DNA from: Vicugna vicugna | Lineage: Eukaryota | DNA length: 64,000 nt | Direction of reading: 5' to 3' | NCBI GenBank assembly: GCA_013265495.1 | Contig: MU058636.1 | Coordinates: 9,294,239-9,358,238 of the forward strand | In this document: positions 25,413-36,510 of the stretch, piece after piece | Layout of the letters: the number at the start of each line of letters is the position of its first letter | Numbering within the stretch: position 1 is the first letter of the stretch | Notes under the pieces: generated by a model | The model's input: the letters and a program-made list of their open reading frames with translations, nothing else | The model's database searches: none | What the model was told of the DNA's origin: nothing | Translations under genes and position numbers: made by a program

Positions 25413-27949
25413 GAGCTGAGAGCCTGAGCTGAAGTTGGGCAAGGCGTCTGTCCAACAGTGGGACTGACCTCAAATGATTAATACAGCAAAGCATTAGAGC
25501 CTGCAGTGGACTCAGTAATAATCACTTCAAACTGGCCACAGGACACCTGCTCCAGTAAAAACCTAGGAAAATTTGCCCTATTGCTAAATCTGCTGTAGCT
25601 CCCCCTGCTCCCCCTGCCTCTTAAGACTTCGAGACCATTGCTAGCATCTTACCTGACTCTTCAAGGTCACTGTCTCCTGGCAGCCTCTCAAGATGGATAA
25701 AGAAGTTCCAAAGCAGATCCAAATTACCAGTGTTTTAGAACCTATGTCTCCAGAAGTCTCCTTATCACCTACATGGTTGGGTAGAGGCGGGAGCCTTGAA
25801 GTGATTAAAAAGACCATTCTCATGTAAAACACGCCCTCTTCATCTTAGAAGGAACACCCTCCTGAAGCAGTTCAGCTAATGGCACATTAACTGACAGAAA
25901 CAATTTAGCAACTGTCATCAGATAACAAAATAATGTCATCTTGGGTTTCAGGGAGAGACTGACTCAATAGGAGAGAATATCTTAGAACCACGATTTGCTC
26001 TGTTTCACCCTATGTTCTCTGCCTCCAGAGCTCATTAAACATATTATAGCACAATTAGAAAGTCTACGCATCTAAAGCAGAGATGATCACTGGTTGGAAC
26101 TCTCGCTGTCCATCTGCTTGTTACACCAGCCCCACATGACGGGCACAAGTGAGCAGTCAGCTGCCGAATCTCAGTCAGTTCTGCTCTGAAGGCAGACACT
26201 ACAAATCTTGTGGATGAGCCACAACATTTCAGTTATATGATGGGAAGGTTGCCGAACACTGCAGTTACTGTCATCAGAGAACAAAGAGCCACTCACCTCT
26301 TAAGGAAGCAAAATCAGCAGCTGAGGTCACACAGGAAGCTAGAATATTCCTTTTAAAAATCAATTGTTTAATTAGTTAAGTACATAGATAATTAAAATAT
26401 TTCCCAAAAGGAGAAAAATCTCTTTAGCCACTGCTGTAATCTCAGGAGCTTCTTATTTCTCCAGGACATTTTTTGTGTATCTAAATACATCCATTTCTCC
26501 ACAAAGAAGTGTACATTATATCAAACATTAGTTGGAGTCCTAAAAAACCAATATGTAGCTCTTAAATAGCTAAGGACCTTGTTCGCTACTATCATGACAG
26601 AAAACTTGGAAAATATGGAAGACAGATAAAGGGAAAGTTACCTATAGTTCCACAACCATAGGTCAGCCCAGTTACAGCCTTGTGGTCCCCTGTCCAAGAT
26701 GGCGGTGACTGCGTTCAAGATACCCACGTGTGTTTCTTTCCTTCTTCGGACCCTTGGTTGCAACTGCTTCTCTTCTGTCTCATGGCTGTGGCCTCCACTG
26801 GGCTCATGAGAGGTAACTACAGGGTGGAAAGCCCTGGTCAGGAAGCCCAAGAAACTTAATAGAAGAAAAGTTTAAAGTTGGCCAAGTCATTCATACTCTT
26901 GGGATCCTGTCCGGCTCCAACATTCTATTATTCTGTCTCCTCATCTATCAACAACTTTGTTTTAAAAATATCAACTTTTGTTCTGTCACATTGGTCCCCT
27001 GGCATCTGCAAACTAAACGTGTACTTGATGGATGACATCTCTCTGCAAGACACCAGACATCTGACTGCAAGTATTTTGTGTTGATTTGGTTTGACTTCGT
27101 GTAAGCACTGCCTAGATTGGGCAGTTTTTAAGCCTTTTGTTGAGACATTATAAAGGGATGTATCTTAATGACTAGAAAGACAAGGCTCTTTAGACCTTTA
27201 TCTTATATTTTTGACAAGATGTTTAGCACTCTGACCTATTTTTCCAGACACTGGGACTCAGATAGTAAACATAACAATAAATAACTCTACCTTAATTTAC
27301 GTTCTGTAAGGAAATTTTCCTTTTCATTCCTTTATTTGGTTATCCTCCTTTTATACACTCTCTTGGTAACCTGCATGTCTGCTTCCTAATACTTCATTAA
27401 TTTAAATAACGTCTCCTGTAAAATTTTGGATTTTAGTCTTGTCATGAGACTGTGGTTCCTGGAGAACAGTAACTAGGTCTGTCTTTTCATTTGGTTATCT
27501 TCAGACCCTCCTGCAGTGCCTGGCACACAGTACAGGGCTAGCGCATATGGTCCCTTTCAATATTACTTATAGTCCCCAGGGCTGAGGATACAAAGATGAA
27601 TAAGAAACCGTACCTTTCCTCCAGGAACTCACAATATAGTGGAGAAAACTAAGTTTGTTGATAGACATATCCATAGAGTATTACAGGGACAAGGAAGGGG
27701 CACCTAAGGTTGACGGCAAGAGGCATGAAGAGATGCCAGGGAGGGCTTCATGGAGGTGGTGAAATCTGAGTTAAGTGTTATTGCAAACTGAACTGTCAGT
27801 TTAGTCACGCACATGTCTTGGGTTGTTTTTGGTAGGCATCTGTAGCTACCCAAGAAGTCTGAGATGGCGAGGGGCAGCCACTCCCTCGCAAAAGCAAGCC
27901 TCAGACCAAAGTCAACCACAGTTATTAAACAAAACACTCGTTAGCACAG

Positions 27950-28429
27950 CAGACACGTGGGAACATTGCTCGGCCATAAGAAAGAATGGAATCACGCCGT
28001 TTGCAGCAACATGGATGAAACTAGAGATCATCATACTAAGTGAAGTAAGTCAGATAGAGAAAGAAAAATACCATATGATAGCAGTTATATGTGGACTCTG
28101 AGAAAAAAAAAAAGAAGACCCAAATGAACAAATGGAAACAGACTCATAGACATAGAAAACAAACTTATAGTTACCAGGGAGGAGGAGAGGGTAGGAAGGG
28201 ATGAATTAGGAGTTCAAGATTTGCAGATGCTAATGACTATGTATGAGACAGATAAACAACAGGTTTATACTGTCTAGCACGGGGAACTCTACTCAGTATC
28301 TTCCAGTAACCTATAATCGAAAAGAATATGAAAAGGAATATATGTATGTACACGTACGACGGAAACATTATGCTGTACACCAGAAACTGACACAACATTG
28401 TAAACTGACTATACTTAATTTAAAAAAAA
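27950..28429 (+). mobile_element. 5'-truncated artiodactyl/camelid LINE-1 3' end
   Basis: ORF2 terminus FAATWMKLEIIILSEVSQIEKEKYHMI inside ORF 27823-28101, then the 3'UTR (aaacagactcatagacatagaaaacaaactt) and poly(A). Confidence 0.9.
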
Positions 28430-28824
28430 GGGAGGTGGGGAAGAGTAGGTCTAGGGCACCATGCTTAAAAGTATAGGTTAGAAATTTAGTTACAGGCTCG
28501 TCATGCTCCAGTGGAGAGTGGCTCAGAACTCTTTGCTGAATCCACTTACCATCAATACATCTAACTTCATCAGTGAGAATTCTTAATAGTCATCCTGGTA
28601 ATGAGTCACTAGCTTTTCCGGACACTCAGTACGCTAAAATAATGTCACTTATGGATGGAGACACAGTTAGCAGAGCACTTGTATAGCTTTCCTGGGAGAT
28701 AGTGCTGCGGGCTGTCCGCCACCGGACTGGACGTTCCTGATGGCATGTTAGTGCACCACTCCCCCAGCTCTAGCGTAACTGACTGGCACATACACAATAC
28801 CATTTTAATAAACTGAAGCATTTT

Positions 28825-29228
28825 GTTTATTTTTTATTTATTTAAAAATTTTATTTGACATATAGTCGGTTTACAATGTTGTGTTAATTTCTGGCATACA
28901 GCATAGTGATTCAGTCATATATATTCATTTTCATATTTTTCTTTTTTTAATTGCAGTATAGTCAGTTACAATGTGTCAATTGCTGGTGTACAGCATAATG
29001 TTCTAGGCATGCGTATATATACATATATTCATTTTCATATTCTGTACGAGATATTGAATATAGTTCTCTGTGCTGTACAGAAGAAGTTTGTTTTTTTATT
29101 TATTTTTATACAGTGTGGCTAACATTTGTAAATTTCAAAATTTTCATTATAGGCTATTACAAGCTATTGAATGTAGCTCCCTGTGCTAGACAGGAGGACC
29201 TTGTTATCTATTTTATATATAGTAGTGA
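28825..29228 (-). mobile_element. Two nested LINE-1 3' ends (inner ~28942-29140)
   Basis: The motif tatagtc..ttacaatgt..gt.aatt.ctgg..tacagcata occurs twice. The outer copy resumes at ~29141 with ttttcattataggctattacaag. Confidence 0.8.
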
Positions 29229-30129
29229 GGATCTAAACTGAAGAATTTTAAAGAGAGCTGTTGATACTGTAACAATCTGATCAATGCTAGCGTTAGAAAG
29301 AGTAGGAGCTCCCTGGTCTGGGTGAAGGGAATGCCTTCTAGGAGAGGGGGCGGTTTGCAGCGCCTCAAATCCTCCGAGCCAGATAAGCTTTGCCCTTCTT
29401 GTCCCCCTGCCTGGAAGGCTCTTCCCTGTGATGTTCCCATGGATTCCCCCCCTCACTTCACTTGGGTTTCTGCACAAAAGAAAAGGCTCCCACAGAGAAG
29501 TTTTGCATACCAATTGGATCTTAAATTTTCTCACTCTGTGATCTTATATGTATAGTTCTTTAAATCTGTATCTCATTTCAGAACAAACTCTACACAGGGA
29601 GACACTATCTTGATCCTTTGTCTCCTCAGGGCATAGGTTCCTGGCACATAGTAACTGCTCAATAAGGAAGAATCAATTCATCTCTCCTTCTCTCTGAATA
29701 TGTGCATAGAAAAGTGTCTAGGATGGTGTTCCCCTAAGGTTAACGGCTATATGGGCACAGGACCATTTAGAGTGCGTTCCCTCACTCCTCTTTTTTTTCA
29801 CCTCTCTTTATTGTTTAAGTCCTTTAAAATGATCACCAATCATTTTCACATTCAAAAAAAATCATTAATTAAAAAAAGCTAAACCGTACTGATACACGCA
29901 GTTGGGAGAATGGTATTAGCAGAATCAACAGCCCTGGGGTCACTTCCTGCGGTAAGCTGCTTGACTTCTTCAAGCCCAGTTTCTTCATTTTTAAGTAGAT
30001 GTGTTGGCACTCATTCAGTGGAGTAGCTGGGAGGTGTCATTAAGGTATAACACACATAAAGAGTGTGCACACAGAATCGTTTTTTAATAGTCAGTGTTAG
30101 TGAGTCTTTCCAGTAAAATTCACCCTTTT

Positions 30130-30600
30130 TAAGTTCAGTAAGTACAGCCACCACTACAAACAAGATTCAGAATAATTTTACCACTCCTTCAAGTTCCTTC
30201 ATTTCCTTTATCACCCAGTTCTCTCTCTCTAAAGCCAGACCCTGGCCACCAAGATTGGGATTCTTTACCTATTTTCTGAAATGTCATATAAATTTGATAT
30301 GCAATCTTTTTAAAAAGTCTGGCTTCTTTTACTAAACATAATGCTTCTGAGATTCCTTCAAGCTGTTGGGTAAAATTAGCAGTGTCTTCCCACCTTTGCT
30401 GAGAAGTATTCCATTGTATTGATTAACCATAATTTGTCTATCCACTCACTAACTGATTGGGTGTTTCTGGTTTGGGGCTATTACAAATGATTCTTATAAA
30501 CAAAGCTTCTATAAACGTTCATACACAAGTCTTCGTGTGCACGTTTCTGTTTTCATTTCTCTTGGGTAATGCTTAGGAATGGGATGGTGGGTTTGTAAAT
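30130..30600 (-). mobile_element. Old LINE-1 (L1M) 3' fragment
   Basis: gtctggcttcttttactaaacataatg, gtattccattgtat, gtttggggctattacaaat and tttcatttctcttgggtaa. Confidence 0.75.
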
Positions 30601-33314
30601 ATATATTTCGAAGTCTGGAAAAACTTTAACTTGAAGGTTTGAGCTGTTCCTATTTCTTAAGTGGTAAATTTACCAAAGACAGATAAACTTTCTACTTGTT
30701 CTGAGGGGGGAAAAAAGAAGTATCTACTGATCAACCTAGAGAAACATCTAAATGCAGGAAAATTAACTTAACAATGATGAACCTTCAAGCTGAGAAGTTA
30801 GGAGCTGTTTTCAGTGATTTAAACTAGGAATATCTTTTAGCAGAACTAAATCAGTTCCTTAAGTATTGGACTAGAATGTCTTAGATTCTTTAGAGTTCAT
30901 TGCGTTCTCTGATGAGCATTCGTTTGCAAGAATGTGCAGATACAGCAGAAGGAAGAGAATAAAGACATGCAAACATTTCCTCAAGGTCATGCTGGAGGAG
31001 ACAGAAATCACACAACTGGACTCTTCATTCAGGTTTTTGTTTGCATTTTCGATTAAAGAACACCGACTTTGGCAAAGTAGCTATGTAGGACTCTTATGAA
31101 GTTCAAATAATGAATTCACATACCTGAGTGGGGTTTATTCTAAAAGTTTTAAAAATCTGAATATATCTGAAAATTAATGTTTCTTAAAAGAAAATTAAAA
31201 GGATAAGCCTACACCTCCACTGTAGGAAGAAGTAAGTTCTGAAGAGAGGGCTTTGCATGAGAGCGAGGAAAAAACACAGCCTTTTCAGTCCAGAGCTGGG
31301 AGGGGGAGATTCGCTGCAGGTTCCGAGACACAAGATGCTTCCACCAGCGATGAGATGGGGACGGTCGGAAGGCTGGGCTCAAGTGGGAATGGAGCCCTGC
31401 TGGAAGGCAGGCTGCAGGAGATGCTGAAGTCCGCTTGCGTCCATGGGGTCTAAAACAAGGCACTGGCAGCAGCAGTTGGAAATCGCTCCCTTTTTTTTTT
31501 TCCTATTGGTAGTTTTCCTTCCTTTATCCGAGCACCTGCCAAGTCAAGTTGAATTAAAAGCTGTAACCTGCTTCAGCTGGGCTGTGGGGAATTGGGAAAG
31601 GGCTCATTTCGTGTTGTGGACACGGTGGTCAAAGAGAAGTCCCCTCCTCCCGAAGTCAAGGGTTTTAACAGTTTTCTCGTTGTCTGATGACAGCTGTGTC
31701 AGAAGAAATACAGGCGTGGACGTCAAAGCCAGAGTGGGAGGACTTGATCAGGAGGACAGAGAAGATTAGGGTGCTCATCTGATTCTGATCACTCCGAAAC
31801 AGCCTCCTGGGAGGACTCAGAAACGGCAAGGGGAACCTTGGAGGGAAAACGATTTCTGGCTACGATAATTTGGGCACTGAAAAGTATGGTGGTCCCATAA
31901 TGTCCTCATGGGGCACTGAGGTCTGGAATATTATGGGGCACCCCAAAGTCTGAATGTTGGATAAGCATTCGTCACCAAATGTATAAAAAAATAGGAATTC
32001 AAATCTGGATTTCCCTTCTACAGAACAAAGTTTGACTCTTAAGGAATAAAAAACACTCCTTTCCCACCCTCATTTCCAAATTGAAGAGATTTATGTCAGG
32101 TGAGATCTTGCCCTGGCTGTGAAGAGATGTTAAGACAAATTTACGGATGTATATGCGAGAATGGGTGTGACTTCTGAAATCTGTTCAAACTTTAAATATA
32201 ATAGACTATTTGATGGGTTCTTACTATGTATCACTGTCAGCATCTCCACCCTGACCCGGTATATGGGGTCTAGAAATTCAATCACTTAAAACACAGAGAT
32301 GTGTTATTATGAGGCCAGTGCAATGACCACCTCAGTGCAGAATTCCCAGGGGTCCAGATGCAGGTTCCACACCAGCCCAGCCCTGGCGGCGGCTGGGGCT
32401 CCCGGGGTGGGGGGGGGGGGCTTTCTCTCTGGCTTCACTACGGAGGAGGACCTTCTAGGTTCTGAAATGGCTGGGAATGCCGGGAGAGCAGCCATAGGTT
32501 TAGGAGTTGCTGGATAGTTGGCACCCATTTCATTCACAGTATCCGAGGATGCTGGGCATAGAGAGTGCTGGGGATGCGACGGCCCCCTCCTCATTTCCTA
32601 AAATGGGGGTGCTTGCCATTTCCCCTTCCCGCTCACACTCCTCCTCTCTCCAGAGCCCTCTCCAGTCACCTCACAGGACAGCTGGGTGAAAGATGAGAGC
32701 CAAATTCACTTTAACCAAGCTCGACTCTATTTCAGCGGTTTAGCTCATTATTGTATTTAATGGACTTAAATATAATATAGGACATTGGTGAACACAATGT
32801 ATTTTAAAATGTCTCTTTAGTCTCGTTTTGTGGCTTTAAATTGTTATAAAATATGTTTCTTTTCTGAGAGTGATATCCGAAGGCCAGGAAGTCACTTACG
32901 TTTTTATTATTTTAAGGATATTTTTCATTAAACCATATGGTGGAGTCTTGTCATTAATTAGACATTAACTGAAGAACCCATCACACTCAAGCAAGAGCTA
33001 TACTTAAGAAAAATCAATATTTTATATCCTGGCCTCCAGCTCTTCATGCGGAAAGGTCATGGGATGGGAAGCTGCCTCACACTGGAAGGAAAATGAAAGA
33101 AAATGTGCAATAGACCAGCTGTGAAGCTGTTGCTGTCTGTCACAGTCTTGAACTTGATAAAAATTCACTAAGCTGTCTCTATAATGCAGACTTCTAGGAA
33201 AATTCTAATATCAAACATAGACCCAGACGGGCCTATCTTAAGAGACTCATTAAGTTTTTTTGTTAAATCAGAGAAACAAAAATGAATAAACTAATACATA
33301 GAGTCCAGCCTACT

Positions 33315-33440
33315 TGTTTGGGGGATGACAGAGATGAGGCTCAGAGATGTCAAGTGCCTGCCCAAAGTCACACAGCCAGAGAGTGACTAAAATGGTACCA
33401 GAACAGGTATTATCCAGATACCAATCCAAAACTATTTTCT
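33315..33440 (-). mobile_element. MIR SINE fragment
   Basis: tgaggctcagagatgtcaagtgcctgcccaaagtcacacagc is the reverse MIR core. Confidence 0.7.
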
Positions 33441-33533
33441 CCATCCTACAAGTACTTTGAATTTGAATTTAAATGCCCCTCAAGTGAACTTTAAAATGCT
33501 AATGTAGTATTTCCCCCAGAGATATTTTGCCTC

Positions 33534-34499
33534 TGTGATGGTTAATTTTATGTGTCAAATTGGCTAGGCTGTGGTGCCTAGTTGTTTGGTCAAATATCAG
33601 CCTACACGTTGCCATGAAAGTATTTTTCAGATATGATTAAAATTTAAATCAGTAGGCTTTGAGTAAAGGAAGTTACCCTCTGTAATATGAATGGGTCTCA
33701 ACCAGTCAGTTGAAGGTCATAAGAGAAAAGACTGAGGGCCCTTGAGAAAGAAGGAATTCTGCCTCCAGACTGCCTTCAGGCTCAAGATTGCAGCATCAAA
33801 AGTGAAATAAGTTAGACAGAGAAACACAAATACTGTGTGATATCACCTAGTTGTGGAATCTAAAAGAGTCAAACTCAGAGAAACAGGTAATAGAGTGGTG
33901 GTTACCAGCGGCGGAGGGCTGGAGAAAATGGGGAGACCCTGGTCAAAGGGTATAAACTTCCAGTTATAAGACTAACAGTTTGGGGGATCTAATGTACAGC
34001 ATGGTGATTAGAGCTTATAATACTCGATCAGATGGTTGAAAGTTGCTAAGAGAATAGATCTTAAATATTCTCAATACAAAAAAAGAAATGGTAATTATGT
34101 GACAGGATGGAGGTTTGGCTAATGCTATGGTGGTCATCATTTTGCAATATATAAGTGTATCAAGTTAACACATTGTATACCTTAAACTTATACAATGTTA
34201 TGTGCCAGTTATAGCTCAGTGAAGCTGGGGGTGGGGGTGGGGGTGGGGACTGCGACATCAGCTCTTGCTGGAATTTTCAGCCTGCTAACCTGCCCTGCAA
34301 ATGTAGGATTTGCCAGTCCCAGAACTGCATGAACCAATTCCTCGAAATAAATGAGCCAACTCCTTAGAACATCACTTTCTCTCTCCCTCTCTCTCTCCCT
34401 CTCTCTCCCTCCCCTCTCTCCCTTTCTCTCTCTCCCTCTCTTTCCCTCCCCATTTGTCTCCTGTTGGTTCTTTTTCTCTGGAGAACCCTGACTACAACA
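33534..34499 (+). mobile_element. ERVL solo LTR, MLT2B-like, interrupted by an L1
   Basis: Canonical start tgtgatggttaattttatgtgtcaa, CT-rich tract at ~34378-34451, and end ttctctggagaaccctgactacaaca. Confidence 0.9.
33799..34247 (+). mobile_element. L1MA-type 3' end inserted in the MLT2 LTR
   Basis: aagtgaaataagttagacagagaaa...ggtcaaagggtataaacttccagttataag...taccttaaacttatacaatgttat. Degenerate TSD gattgcagcatca (33786-33798) / gactgcgacatca (34248-34260). Confidence 0.9.
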
Positions 34500-36216
34500 G
34501 CCAGGCTAACAGATGAACAGAATCAAAAAGCTGTAAATTGCTTGATAGGACGAGCAACATTCTGGCCTCTGGACAATCAGGGAACCATAGGAATCACAGA
34601 AAGAATTCTGAGGTGGAAAGGTGACCATAAAGTTATCTCATCTTGGGATGGATTACTTGGATTTTGTGCACTTAGCTGGGGATGGTTCTGTAAAATGAGG
34701 TAATTCTTCCAGTTGCCTGGACAGGCAGCCCCAGCTCTCAGACCTTCTGTCCTTGTGGGGGGTCCTGTAATCCTCATCTCTCAATAGACCTTCTTCAGCC
34801 ATCTCCTTGGGACTTGGGGATCCCTCTTTCTTGATAGAAAAATTTCTATATTTTTTTCTAGGAACCATCTCAGCTCAAAATTAGACCTATATTTTTTTCA
34901 CTATTTTTTTAGACCTGTATTTTTCACTATTTTCCACTAAAATCTCTCCTTATCATTATATTAGGCAATTGACACAGGTGAAATTAAACTGTGTATATTC
35001 ATTTTGATTAATACAAATAAATTCCTCATGAAAGATTTTCATGAGCAACAATCCATACACATGAACTATGTTTTCACAGCGCTCTGAAGCAGAGGTAAAA
35101 TTATTACATGATACAAGCAACGCAAAAGAGAGGACTTGAAGAGTGAGGGGCTCCCCCGCCCCCAAATTCATCACTATTATAATGTAATGTAACAACATCT
35201 CAACTCAAGGAGAAACTGCTGGAAACCAGCCCAGCAGCATAAACTATGTTTTCCCTGTTCAGTTGACTGTCTGAGTTCTACCAACTCCACAGCAAAACTA
35301 ACTTTGTCCAAGCTTCAGACTTGATTCAGCCCCAGAGTGTTGCCCATCTCAAAGACTACCCGTTGTACGTCCAAAAAGAAGTCCAATGTCCTTCGCCATG
35401 TTATGATCTTAGAATAAGCATCTGTCTCCCAGGAAACCACCTCTGAAAGCTGGGATGAAACAGGAAAATAGCCGAAAAATGATTTCCCCACAAGAAGTAG
35501 CTTTCTCTCCTCATTAGTCCAAGGATGTCAGAGTGACTGATAGCAGCTAAATCCTAATCAGCAAATTAACTTATTTCAAATCTTGAAGCAGCCAGCAGTT
35601 TGAATTTTAAGGGTTACCTCCAGAGAGCAATCTCTTTCCTTGATCAAACTTCTGCTATGATCTGCAGGCCTGCCACGGCTCACAAAGATCCTCAGCGTGA
35701 TAACTCCCACTTCACCAGAGACAGAGAAAAGGCTGCCCTCCCACACGAAGATGAGAAGAAAGCAAGAGCTCACCATTCCTGCAGGTTCAAAGTTCCTGTC
35801 CCACATGTGCACTGCTTCCGCTGTACTGCGCTCACTGCATGTGCACCCGGCTGCGTGTTTGGACACATACATTTTTTCTCCAAGTGCCAGCTTCTAACAC
35901 TGATGGCAGACGATTTCATTTCAAGTTTATTTGCACGACCATTGTCTCCTGGAACAAGCCATTATCTATTAATGATTGCTTACTAGGTGTGTGGTGTGTG
36001 CTGCTCAGCAGGAGAGAGAATATGGCTGGAGATCTTAGCAGTTACCCTGCAGAGAAAGCAGGCAGTTGGTGCTCTTGGGGAACGCTCAAACAATATTAAG
36101 GTCATTTGTTACACGGGGTTTAAAATTGAGTTTTTAAGCACTCCAGTTCATAAAGCAAGGTTACTCGTACTGAAAAATGGTTGATGGGTTGTCACCAAAT
36201 AACTGACTAACCCCTG

Positions 36217-36510
36217 GTGCCAGTTAGGGTTCAACCAGAGAAGCAGAGCCATTAGGAGGTGCATAGTAAGAAATTTATTGCAAGGAATTGACTTGGGCGG
36301 TTGTGAGTGGGGCTGGGTGGAGCAGGGCAGGTCTGACGCCCAGGAGAGCAGGCGGCACGTCTCAGGCATGGGGTCGCTGCTGCAGCTGTGGTCCACAGGC
36401 AGAATTTCTTCTTTAGGGAAGTCTCGGCTTTGCTCCTAAATCCTTTCAACTGATTGAATCAGATCCACCCAGATTATCTAGCATCATCTCCCTATTTTAA
36501 GGTCACCTGA
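36217..36510 (-). mobile_element. MLT2 (MLT2C/D-like) LTR fragment
   Basis: agggttcaaccagagaagcagagcc, aatttattgcaaggaattg, ggcagaatttcttctt and cctttcaactgattga. Confidence 0.75.

Noticed and set aside
32307..32594. Proline-rich 95-aa ORF
   Set aside because: The proline run comes from a G homopolymer. There is no recognisable homologue and no strong donor site.
34881..34933. Short tandem duplication ttagacct.tattttt.cactatttt
   Set aside because: Two-copy slippage duplication with no further structure.
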